From the NCBI GenBank assembly GCA_044225365.1, contig JBGAIQ010000006.1, forward strand, positions 64,001-128,000: 64,000 bases of DNA. Direction: 5' to 3'. Shown here piece after piece: positions 30,366 through 38,884 of the stretch. Under the pieces are notes generated by a model. That model saw nothing but the letters and a program-made list of their open reading frames with translations. It searched no databases and had not been told where the DNA came from. Each line of letters begins with the position of its first letter. Position 1 is the stretch's first letter. Both the position numbers and the translations under genes were made by a program. Origin of the DNA: Planctomycetota bacterium (lineage in GTDB: Bacteria > Planctomycetota > B15-G4 > JADJEK01).

Positions 30366-31207
30366 TGGCGGCGGCGATCGACTGGTCGCGCGGCTTTCAA
30401 CTCGAGACGGTTGGCCTCGCGCCCGATGCGCTCGAATCGAAGACCTCCACGAAATACCCCGATCGGGTGTACCGCGTCTGGCTCCACGGCGGCGAGCGCG
30501 TCGTGCTCCTCTTGCACTTCGAGTTCGAAGCCGGAAGGAAGCGCGATTTTCCATTGCGAGTCGCGATCTACCGCATGCGATTGTTCCTGAAGCACCGCGA
30601 GAGGATCTTCACCCTCGCCCTGCTCCTCGACGCGGACCCGAGATATCGCCCCAGTGAATTCATCGACGAAGTCTTCGACAACGAAGTGCGCGTCCGCTTT
30701 CGTTCCGTGAAGCTGCTCGATTTCGTCGGCCGCGAGGATGAGCTGATCGATTCAGGCAATCCGGCGCAAGTCCTGGTCGCGATCAAGCTGATCGATCTGA
30801 CGACGCATGACCCGAACGCGCGCTACCGGGAGAAGGTGCGCCTGCTCCGCAAGCTCGTCACGATCATGCGGGGATCTTCGACCCAGCGCGCATTGACTCG
30901 GTTCTTGATCCAGGGGATCATGATCTCGCGGTTGCGCGATCGCGAGTTCCACGAAGAAGTCCTGAGAGTGGAGCAGGAGTTTCACATGCCGTTCGTCACG
31001 ATCTACGAGAAGGAAGCCGAGGAGCGGGGGAGCTTGCAAAGCAAACGCGACGCCGTGGAGCGCATCCTTCGTGCTCGCTTCGCGGAAATTCCAACTCGAA
31101 CGATCGAGCGAATTCGAGCCATCGACGACCTCGCACGTCTGGACGACTTGCTCGTCCGCGCCGCGACTTCCGTCGCCATCGCAGACTTCACCGCAGCGCT
31201 CGACTGA
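30356..31207 (+). CDS. Rpn-family PD-(D/E)XK nuclease (copy 1, in-frame N-terminal deletion)
   Basis: AIDWSRG, YPDRVYRV, LLHFEFE, DFPLRVAIYR, FRSVKLLDF; DUF4351-like tail. Lacks the 31 codons (DELRS...LAPD) present in copy 2. Confidence 0.8.
   Translation: MENVAAAIDWSRGFQLETVGLAPDALESKTSTKYPDRVYRVWLHGGERVVLLLHFEFEAGRKRDFPLRVAIYRMRLFLKHRERIFTLALLLDADPRYRPSEFIDEVFDNEVRVRFRSVKLLDFVGREDELIDSGNPAQVLVAIKLIDLTTHDPNARYREKVRLLRKLVTIMRGSSTQRALTRFLIQGIMISRLRDREFHEEVLRVEQEFHMPFVTIYEKEAEERGSLQSKRDAVERILRARFAEIPTRTIERIRAIDDLARLDDLLVRAATSVAIADFTAALD
30986..31207 (+). CDS. nested small C-terminal protein (RpnS-like, 73 aa)
   Basis: AGGAG at 30975-30979, 6 nt before the in-frame ATG (MPFVTIYEKEAEERG...). 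Confidence 0.6.
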   Translation: MPFVTIYEKEAEERGSLQSKRDAVERILRARFAEIPTRTIERIRAIDDLARLDDLLVRAATSVAIADFTAALD

Positions 31208-31300
31208 TCGCCGCGCATCGAGGTCGGCAGGGCCCACGAGCGGTAGGCTCCAACCTCTCAATCGCCTGCCGCAATGATCTCGCACGAGTTGGATCGAAGT

Positions 31301-31461
31301 GGACGCGAGCGCGCACCTCCGCACGTGCGCGCCTCATCCGCGCAGTCGGCCTCGGTTCGGCGAAGAGCCGCGGGAATCGCTCTTTGCGCGCCAGGCACGA
31401 TCTTTCACGGCATTTCTCGTCACCGCGTCGTCGCGGCCGCGATTCAGCGGCATGGAAAACG
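31301..31461 (+). repeat. Rpn leader repeat, copy 2
   Basis: Direct repeat of 30205-30365. Confidence 0.95.
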
Positions 31462-32300
31462 ACGAACTCCGGAGCGCCTCCCAACACGACGAGTACTGGA
31501 AGGACGCCTTCGACCAATTCCTCCCCGAGCTCCTGCGATTCCTCGCGCCCGACGTCGCGGAGGCAATCGACTGGTCGCGTGGCTTCGTACCCGAGCCGCA
31601 CGGTCTCGCGCCCGACGCTCTCGAATCGAAGACCGGTACGAAATATCCCGATCGCGTGTATCGCGTCTGGCTCCACGGCGGCGCGCGCCCGTGCTCCTCC
31701 TGCACTTCGTTCGAAGCCGATGGAGAAGCACGGCTTCCCGCTGCGAGTCGCGATCTACCGCATGCGACTGTTCGTGAAGCACCGCGAGCGGATCTTCACG
31801 CTCGCACTGCTCCTCGATGCGGACCCGAAGTATTGCCCGAGCGAATTCTCCGAGGAGATCTTCGGCAACGAGGTGCGCGTGCCTTCCGCTCCGTAAAGCT
31901 CCTCGACCAGCGGCCGCGAGGACGAGCTGGTCGAATCGGGCGATCCGGCGCAAATCCTGGTCGCGACTGATCGCTGACGATCCGCGAGGACGCGCGAGCT
32001 GCGCCTGCTCGAAGCTCGGGCGTGGATCATCGACCCAGCGCACAGGCTCGGTTCTTGATCCAGGGATCATGGTCGCGATCAAAGTTCTGAGATCGCAGGT
32101 TTCATATGCCATTCGTCACGATCTCGGCGCATCGCCTGGCCAGGGGACGCGCTACCGCGAAGGTGCGCCTGCTTACCAAGCGCGATGACATCGAGCTCGT
32201 CACGCTTCGGAAACGTTGTTTCCGGTGCTCGGATTCATCGACGACCTCCGCCGCTTGGACGACCTGCTCGTCCGTGACTCGCTCATCTTGATCCTAGTCT
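31452..32300 (+). pseudogene. Rpn-family nuclease copy 2, frameshifted and scrambled
   Basis: Intact N-terminus MENDELRSASQHDEYWKDAF...AIDWSRG...YPDRVYRV, then multiple small indels from about 31680; degenerate MPFVTI start at 32106. Confidence 0.75.
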
Positions 32301-32349
32301 GATCGGCGCGATCATCGACGAGCGGGTCGATCCGACGCCGAACGATCTG

Positions 32350-32922
32350 CGCGCGGGACCGCGAGTTCCACGCCGAAGTTCTGAGAGTGGAGCAGGAGTT
32401 TCATATGCCATTCGTCACGATCTACGAGAAGGAAGCGGAGGAGAGGGGCATTGCCATCGGCGAGGCCCGAGGCGAGGCTCGAGGCGAAGCCCGAGGCGAA
32501 GCCCGAGGCGAAGCGAAGGCGAGCTTGCTTACCAAGCGCGATGACATCGAGCGGATCCTCCAGGCGCGCTTCGGAAACGTTCCGTCTCCGGTGCTCGACA
32601 GCATTCGAGGCATCGACGACCTCCGCCGCTTGGACGACCTGCTCGTCCGTGCCGCGACTCTCGACCCTCGATCTCGCGGGGCTTCACCGCCGCGCTCGTC
32701 CCTACGAGAAGGACCGCCGCGCGGCGAAGCTTCGAAGCGAAGGCGAGCCTGCTTACCAAGCGCGATGACATCGAGCGGATCCTCCAGGCGCGCTTCGGAA
32801 ACGTTCCGTTTCCGGTGCTCGACAGCATTCGAGGCATCGACGACCTCCGCCGCTTGGACGACCTGCTCGTCCGTGCCGCGACCTCCCTCGATCTCGCGGG
32901 CTTCACCGCCGCGCTCGCCTGA
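32350..32922 (+). pseudogene. tandem Rpn C-terminal (RpnS-like) cassettes
   Basis: RDREFHAEVLRVEQEFH-MPFVTIYEKE (ATG 32405, AGGAG SD). About 150-bp near-identical direct repeat (32509-32658 and 32733-32883) encoding ASLLTKRDDIERILQARFG...LDDLLVRAAT; the last copy ends ...GFTAALA* at 32922. Confidence 0.75.
32459..32518 (+). repeat. 12-bp tandem repeat encoding (GEAR)4-GEAK
   Basis: ggcgaggcccga ggcgaggctcga ggcgaagcccga ggcgaagcccga ggcgaagcgaag. Confidence 0.95.
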
Positions 32923-33096
32923 CCGCCGCGCGGCGAATTCGACGAGCGGGTCGAATCGGGCGCTCGGGCGCTCGGGCGCGGATCGGGATCGCGATCGAGC
33001 CGATCCGTTACGACCTCCGCGCGCTGTCAAACGTTGGCGCAGCCGCTTCGCAAACTCATCACGAGCCCGTGTGAGATCGTCCTCCACAAGACGGAG

Positions 33097-33201
33097 GACG
33101 ATCTGGAGATCGCCCATGTGGGCTCTCGTTTCGATCCGGATCTGCGTCGCCACCTCGCGATGAAGCGAGTGCTCGGAGCTCTATCCCGCGGTGCCAAGTA
33201 A
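33097..33201 (+). pseudogene. degenerate Ser/Thr kinase N-lobe fragment (right stub)
   Basis: DDLEIAHVGSRFDPDLRRHLAMKRVL resembles GDEIARGG...SRVYDRDLRRHIAMKVML; DNA similarity to 24106-24150. Confidence 0.6.
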
Positions 33202-33208
33202 GATCGCG

Positions 33209-33259
33209 GCGACGGAAGACGCGATGGAAGAGGCGATGGAAGAGGCGATGGAAGAGGCG
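33209..33259 (+). repeat. 12-bp tandem repeat (GCGATGGAAGAG x3 plus one degenerate unit)
   Basis: gcgacggaagac gcgatggaagag gcgatggaagag gcgatggaagag gcg. Confidence 0.9.
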
Positions 33260-33376
33260 GCTTTCGCATCGCGAGACCTCTCGAGGTCGCCTGACACGGG
33301 GAGTTCTCCCGCCCGTGTCGATTCTGCGACTGGTAGTCTTCTACGGCCTGCTCATTCCCTCCGAGAACCTCGCGCC

Positions 33377-34381
33377 GTGATCCACCCGCCCTACCTCGTC
33401 TTCCTCGGCGATGCGAAGGATCCTCTCGCGGCCAAGATGGGCATCGCGTGCGCGCAGTGGGCGCGCGAGAAGTGCGTAGGACAGATGCGCTTGCCCGGGT
33501 GCGCGGCGGATGCCGGGCTGACGGACATCACACTCGACGAAGCCCGAGCGCGCGGCGCGAAGACGTTCGTGCTCGGCGTCGTCGCGCGCGGCGGGCGACT
33601 CTCGCCGCAGTGGAATTCGATCCTCGTCGAAGCGCTCGCCCAAGGCTTCGACGTGGTGAGCGGAATGCACCAGCGTCTCGCGTCGTTCCCCGAAGTGGCG
33701 GCGGCCGCGACTCGCCACGGACGCGCGCTCTTCGACATCCGCCACACCGAGCGGGAGCTTCCGATCGCGACGGGTCGGAAGCGCAGCGGAAAGCGCCTGC
33801 TCACGGTCGGCACCGACTGCTCGTGCGGGAAGATGTTCACCACGCTTTCGATCGAGCGCGCCATGAAGGCGCGCGGAATGAAGTGCACCTTTCGCGCCAC
33901 GGGTCAGACGGGAATCCTGATCGCGGGCGACGGCATCGCGATCGATGCCGTCGTCGCCGACTTCATCGCCGGTGCGGTGGAACTGCTCGCCCCCGACAAC
34001 GCGGACGATCACTTCGATCTCATCGAAGGGCAGGGCTCGCTGTTCCATCCCTCGTATGCAGGTGTGTCGCTCGGACTCCTGCACGGTGCGCAGGCGGACG
34101 CGCTCGTGCTCTGCCACGAGCCGACGCGCAAGCACATGCGCGGGCTGCCGGGCTACGCGGTGCCGGATCTGAGACGATGCCTCGATGCGAATCTCGAGGC
34201 CGCGCGGCTCACCGCGCCGCACGTGAAGTGCGTCGGCATCAGCGTCAACTCCTCCGCCCTCGACGCTGCCGCCACCGCGCGCATCTGTTCGCAGATCGAG
34301 TCCGAGTTCGGTCTGCCCGCGCTCGATCCCGCGAAGCACGACGCGGGTCGATTCCTCGAGTTGCTCGGGAACCGCGGATGA
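33377..34381 (+). CDS. dgcN: DUF1611 family N-acetyltransferase (D-glutamate acetyltransferase)
   Basis: PYLVFLGD, RLLTVGTDCSCGKMFT, FRATGQTGI, DAVVADFIAGA, IEGQGSLFHP; adjacent to an enolase-family epimerase. Confidence 0.85.
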   Translation: MIHPPYLVFLGDAKDPLAAKMGIACAQWAREKCVGQMRLPGCAADAGLTDITLDEARARGAKTFVLGVVARGGRLSPQWNSILVEALAQGFDVVSGMHQRLASFPEVAAAATRHGRALFDIRHTERELPIATGRKRSGKRLLTVGTDCSCGKMFTTLSIERAMKARGMKCTFRATGQTGILIAGDGIAIDAVVADFIAGAVELLAPDNADDHFDLIEGQGSLFHPSYAGVSLGLLHGAQADALVLCHEPTRKHMRGLPGYAVPDLRRCLDANLEAARLTAPHVKCVGISVNSSALDAAATARICSQIESEFGLPALDPAKHDAGRFLELLGNRG

Positions 34382-34388
34382 GCGACCG

Positions 34389-35396
34389 ATGCTGACGATG
34401 GCGTCCGAGCGCGTCACGCTACCCCTTCGCGAGCCCTTTGCGATCTCGCGCGGCACCGTGACGCAGATCGCCGTCGTGCGCGTCACGATGCAGGATGGGA
34501 GCGCGCGCGGTCGCGGCGAGTGCCGGCCCTATCCGCGCTACGACGAGACTCCCGAATCGGTGCTCGCCGAGATCGAGAGCCAGCGAAAGGCGATCGAGAT
34601 CGATGAACCCGTCGTCTCACGAAACGATCTTCGCTCGCGTATGAAGGCCGGCGCGGCGCGCAACGCCCTCGACTGCGCGCTCGTCGATCTCGAGTGCAAG
34701 CGGAGCGGTCGCCGCGCCCACGAACTCCTCGGCCTGCCACCGACCTCGAGCTTCGTGACGGCCTTCACGATCGGCCTCGGCTCGCCCCAGAGCATGCGCG
34801 AGGCGGCGGCGCGCGCCGTGCATCGACCGCTCCTCAAGATCAAGCTCGGCGGCGAGGGCGATCTGCTTCGGGTTCGCGCGGTTCGCGATGCGGCGCCGCG
34901 AGCGACGCTGCTCGTCGATCCGAACGAAGCCTGGGGCCACGGCGAGACGGGGACGACGGCGCGACTCCAATCGATGCTCGACGCAATGCGCGACCTCGAC
35001 GTGAAGCTCGTCGAGCAGCCCCTGCATGCGTCCGCGGATGCTCTTCTGAGAACGGTTCGCCGCAGCGTTCCCGTCTGCGCGGACGAATCCGTGCATCAGA
35101 CGGCGGATCTCGCGGAACTGCGCGACCGCTACGACGCCGTGAACGTGAAGTGCGACAAGACCGGCGGGATCACCGAAGCGGTCGAACTGGCACGAGAAGC
35201 ACGACGCCTCGGATTCTCACTCATGGTCGGATGTATGCTCTCGAGCTCTCTCGCGATCGCTCCGGCATCGCTCCTCACGCCTCTCGCCGATTTCATCGAT
35301 CTCGATGGCCCCGTATGGTTGCGCGACGACATCGCGGCCGGCCTCGAGTTCACGACGACCGACGTTTCTCCTCCGACGTCCGCATTGTGGGGCTGA
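34389..35396 (+). CDS. dgcA: N-acetyl-D-Glu racemase / L-Ala-D/L-Glu epimerase (enolase superfamily)
   Basis: PFAISRG, GRGECRPY, AARNALDCAL, LKIKLG, DPNEAW, EQPL, ADES, KCDKTGG, MVGCM, DLDGP. Confidence 0.85.
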   Translation: MLTMASERVTLPLREPFAISRGTVTQIAVVRVTMQDGSARGRGECRPYPRYDETPESVLAEIESQRKAIEIDEPVVSRNDLRSRMKAGAARNALDCALVDLECKRSGRRAHELLGLPPTSSFVTAFTIGLGSPQSMREAAARAVHRPLLKIKLGGEGDLLRVRAVRDAAPRATLLVDPNEAWGHGETGTTARLQSMLDAMRDLDVKLVEQPLHASADALLRTVRRSVPVCADESVHQTADLAELRDRYDAVNVKCDKTGGITEAVELAREARRLGFSLMVGCMLSSSLAIAPASLLTPLADFIDLDGPVWLRDDIAAGLEFTTTDVSPPTSALWG

Positions 35397-35430
35397 AATC
35401 GCTCATAGAATCCCGCGTGGAGCCCATCGC

Positions 35431-36510
35431 ATGCGTACGAGCTCGCGCCACACTCGTGCCGGTACATCGCCGGGCACGCTGATCCCGCTCTCCGGCGGCG
35501 ATCCGCCCGTCGTGAGGTCGTTCAGCTACGGTCCCGACGGAGCCGTCGAGCCGAAAGGCCTCGACGAGTCGATCGCCGAACGCGGCAAGCGCGCGGTGCT
35601 GTGGATCAACGTCGATGGCCTCGGCGATCTCGAGACGCTGAAGAAGATCGGCGGCGCGTTCGGGATGAACGACCTCTCGCTCGAGGACGTTCTCGCGCTG
35701 CATCATCGCGCCAAGATCGACCGCTACGACGGGCATCTGTTCCTACTGCTGCGGATGCCGGAGATCGGTCCCGACGGACGCATCGACACCGACCAGATCT
35801 CGCTGTTCACGGGCAGCGACTTCGTGCTGAGCTTCCAGCATCAGCACGGCGACTGCTTCGATGTGGTGCGCGAACGCATTCGCTCGGGCAAGGGCCGCAT
35901 TCGGACCTACGGCGCCGGCTACCTGCTGCACGCGCTGCTCGACGCGATCATCGACTCGTACTACCCCGTGCTCGAGAAGATCGGCGAGCGGATCGACGAG
36001 CTCGAAGACACCGTCGTCACGGACTGCCGGCCATCGCTCACTTCGGACATCCATCGCGTGCGGCGCGATCTGCTCGTGCTGCGTCGCGCGATCTGGCCAC
36101 TGCGCGAGATCTTGAACGAGCTCGTGCGCGACGAAGACACCGATCCGAAGATCGTCCCGTTCCTGCGCGATTGCTACGACCACGTCGTCGAGCTCATCGA
36201 CCTCATCGAGACCTATCGCGATCTCGCGGCAGGCCTCATGGAGGTCTACGTCTCGGTCGTTGGCAATCGGATGAACGAGATCATGAAGGTGCTCACGATC
36301 ATCGCGACGATCTTCATCCCGCTCAGCTTCATCGCGAGCGTGTACGGGATGAACTTCGACACGAGCGTTTCGCCGTTCAACATGCCGGAGCTGCATTGGC
36401 GCTACGGATACGTCGCCGTGCTCCTCGTGATGGCGACTGCCGCAGGCGGCATGCTGTACTGGTTCCACAAACGGGGTTGGCTCGTGGACGCGAAGAGCGA
36501 GGACAAGTGA
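35431..36510 (+). CDS. corA: magnesium/cobalt transporter CorA
   Basis: WINVDGL, NRMNEIMKVLTI, YGMNF signature, MPELHWRYGY. Confidence 0.96.
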   Translation: MRTSSRHTRAGTSPGTLIPLSGGDPPVVRSFSYGPDGAVEPKGLDESIAERGKRAVLWINVDGLGDLETLKKIGGAFGMNDLSLEDVLALHHRAKIDRYDGHLFLLLRMPEIGPDGRIDTDQISLFTGSDFVLSFQHQHGDCFDVVRERIRSGKGRIRTYGAGYLLHALLDAIIDSYYPVLEKIGERIDELEDTVVTDCRPSLTSDIHRVRRDLLVLRRAIWPLREILNELVRDEDTDPKIVPFLRDCYDHVVELIDLIETYRDLAAGLMEVYVSVVGNRMNEIMKVLTIIATIFIPLSFIASVYGMNFDTSVSPFNMPELHWRYGYVAVLLVMATAAGGMLYWFHKRGWLVDAKSEDK

Positions 36511-37904
36511 AGAACTCCGATCGACGAAGTTCGAGGTCGCGCGGCACGTCGCGCCGAAACCTCCTGAAGGGCGCCGCGGGGGCCGCCAGTGTGCTCGCCG
36601 CGCCCGGCCTCATGTCGTGCGGAAAGACCGGCAACAAGTCCTACACGGGCGGCCCTCCGAACATCGTGCTGCTGCTCGCGGACGACTTCGGGATCGATGC
36701 CGTGACCTGTTATGGCGCGGAACACACCACGACTCCTCGCATCGACCGCATGGCGAAGGAAGGCCTGCGATTCGGGAACTGCTATGCGACGCCGCTCTGT
36801 TCGCCGTCGCGCGTCGAGCTGCTCACGGGCCTCTATCCGTTCCGCACCGGTTGGACGCGCAACATCCTGCATCGCGTCGACGATCCCGATCGGACCGATC
36901 GGCCAGCGTTCCTCGATCCCTCGACGCATACGTTCGCGACCGAGTTGCGCGCCGCGGGTTACAAGACGTGTGTCGCCGGGAAATGGCAGCTCTGCTACTT
37001 CGACGAATATCCCGACCACTGCAAGCAGCTCGGCTTCGACGAGTACTGCTGTTGGCTCTGGCAGGTGTTCGACGCCGAACACAACACGTGGACGCACACG
37101 TCGCGTTACTGGTTGCCCGCGATCTACGAGAACGGAGTGCGCAAGCGAGGCATCGTCGGTCGCTACGGACCCGACGTCCACTGCGATTACTTGATCGACT
37201 TCATGCGACGCAACAAGGAAGGCCCGTTCCTTGCCTATGCGCCGATCGTGCTGCCGCACGAGCCGTATCAGGACACTCCCGAACAGGTCGATCCCGCGAC
37301 GGTCACGACCGAGCCGCAGGAGAACGACACGACGCACTATCGGAACATGGTCACCTACATGGATTCGATCATCGGTCGAATCCTCGATGCGCTCGTCGAA
37401 CTCGGAATCGAACGCAACACGCTCGTGTTGTTCACGAGCGACAACGGCACGCCTCCCGACATCACGGTGCGATTCCGCGGCGTGACTCGGCAAGGCGCGA
37501 AGGGCAAGTTGAGTGAGGCGGGAAGCCGCGTTCCCTTGATCGCGTGGTGGCCCGGCGTGATCGAACCCGGGCGCGGCACGACCCATCTCGTCGACTTCAC
37601 CGACTTCATGCCGACGTTCTCGCATCTCGCCACCGGCAAGATCGGCAATCCCGGAGGCAAGAAGCTCGACGGCCACTCCTTCGTTCCCGTCCTGAAGGGC
37701 GCCAAGGTCGGCACTCGCGAGTTCGCGTTCTCGATGCTCGGCGACGCCCGCTTCGTCCGCGGCCCTCAATACAAGCTCTACGACGACGGCCGGATGTTCG
37801 ACGTGCTCGCCGACCCGGACGAGCACACCGACCTGGAAAGCGACCCAAAGCTGACCGCTCAGAAGTCGAAGCTGAAGGATGCCTTCGCCAAGATCACGTC
37901 GTAG
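36507..37904 (+). CDS. Cys-type sulfatase with Tat/lipoprotein signal
   Basis: SRRNLLKG Tat motif, GLMSC lipobox-like; PNIVLLLADD, CSPSR, AGKW, PHEPY, TSDNG, RVPLIAWWPG. Confidence 0.93.
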   Translation: MKNSDRRSSRSRGTSRRNLLKGAAGAASVLAAPGLMSCGKTGNKSYTGGPPNIVLLLADDFGIDAVTCYGAEHTTTPRIDRMAKEGLRFGNCYATPLCSPSRVELLTGLYPFRTGWTRNILHRVDDPDRTDRPAFLDPSTHTFATELRAAGYKTCVAGKWQLCYFDEYPDHCKQLGFDEYCCWLWQVFDAEHNTWTHTSRYWLPAIYENGVRKRGIVGRYGPDVHCDYLIDFMRRNKEGPFLAYAPIVLPHEPYQDTPEQVDPATVTTEPQENDTTHYRNMVTYMDSIIGRILDALVELGIERNTLVLFTSDNGTPPDITVRFRGVTRQGAKGKLSEAGSRVPLIAWWPGVIEPGRGTTHLVDFTDFMPTFSHLATGKIGNPGGKKLDGHSFVPVLKGAKVGTREFAFSMLGDARFVRGPQYKLYDDGRMFDVLADPDEHTDLESDPKLTAQKSKLKDAFAKITS

Positions 37905-37940
37905 AGAACGGCGACCGCCGCAGACCGCCGCTTCTTCCGT

Positions 37941-38004
37941 CCGGACCGCCGCGCTCCAGCGCGGCTCTTCTCTTCCGGACCGCCGCGCTCCAGCGCGGCT
38001 CTTC
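37941..38004 (+). repeat. tandem 30-bp REP-like palindromes
   Basis: ccggaccgccgcgctccagcgcggctcttc at 37941-37970 and 37975-38004; stem gccgcgct/agcgcggc; lies between convergent genes. Confidence 0.85.
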
Positions 38005-38065
38005 ATCTACCCCGTGCCCCGCCTCGGTGCGCCCCGACCGTCGCGGCGCACGGCAAATCCAACGC

Positions 38066-38095
38066 CGGGCAGACAGCCGTCTGCCCCTACGAAAT
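38066..38095 (-). repeat. GTAG-type REP element overlapping a stop codon
   Basis: atttcGTAGgggcagacggctgtctgcccg on the minus strand; 26/30 identical to 59367-59396. Confidence 0.85.
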
Positions 38096-38884
38096 CGTGG
38101 GGGTCGACGGCGGCGAGTTGCGCAGCACGATCAACGTCAGCCGCTCAAGGGCCGACTTCCAGAACTGCTTCATCCGATTCGCCGCGTCTTCGTCCTTCAG
38201 CTTCGAATGCTGAACGGCGACCGAGGCGCGCGTCTCACCTTTCGAAAACAGCATCACCTCGACGGGCGTGTTGTCGGCCCACGCGAGGCGCAGGCTGCGA
38301 TCCGGCTGCGCCTTCTTGATCGTCACCGGATCGGAGAGCCATCGCTTGCGGATCGTCTCGTCGAAGAACGCCGCGTAGATGCGCGACACCGACACTTCGA
38401 TGATCTTGCTCGCGCCGATCTGGAATCCATCGGGCCGTTCATGCTTCACGCGCAGGCCGCGCGCCTGTTCGTACGCGACCGTGATCATCTGACCCCACCA
38501 GTCGGGGTTCTTCAGCTCGGGCGCGACGAGGGTCACGATCCCTCGGTGATCGAGCGTCGCAGCGTTCTTGCTATCGAGCAGTTCGAACCACTCCGCCCAT
38601 CCGCGGCCGGTCGCCTTCATCACGGCGTCGTTCGAGATGCCGCCTGCGGACTCGACTGTGGCTTTGGGGGTCGACGCGACCGGCGCTTTCTTCGCGGGCT
38701 TCGCCGCCTTCGCGGGAGCCGGGGCAGCCTTCGGCGGGCTGGACGGCGCCTTCGGAGCCGCTTTCGCCGCCTTCTTCACCGGCTTGGAAGTCGCCTTCGG
38801 CTTCGCAACGGCTTTCTTCGTCCCCTTCGCGGCAGGCTTTGCCTTGCTGGACGACTTCGCAACGGGCTTCTTCTTCACGGCCAT
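38087..38884 (-). CDS. protein with a histone-H1-like K/A/P-rich N-tail and DUF4287/SRPBCC-like domains
   Basis: About 70 aa of KKPVAK/AAKAAPK, then AVMKATGRGWAEWFELLD, WWGQMITVAYEQARGLR, FWKSALERL. Confidence 0.8.
   Translation of the reverse strand: MAVKKKPVAKSSSKAKPAAKGTKKAVAKPKATSKPVKKAAKAAPKAPSSPPKAAPAPAKAAKPAKKAPVASTPKATVESAGGISNDAVMKATGRGWAEWFELLDSKNAATLDHRGIVTLVAPELKNPDWWGQMITVAYEQARGLRVKHERPDGFQIGASKIIEVSVSRIYAAFFDETIRKRWLSDPVTIKKAQPDRSLRLAWADNTPVEVMLFSKGETRASVAVQHSKLKDEDAANRMKQFWKSALERLTLIVLRNSPPSTPTIS

Noticed and set aside
30205-33259. CRISPR array or IS element as the explanation for the repeats
   Set aside because: The repeats are gene-derived, with no regular repeat-spacer period, no cas genes, no terminal IRs and no DDE transposase.
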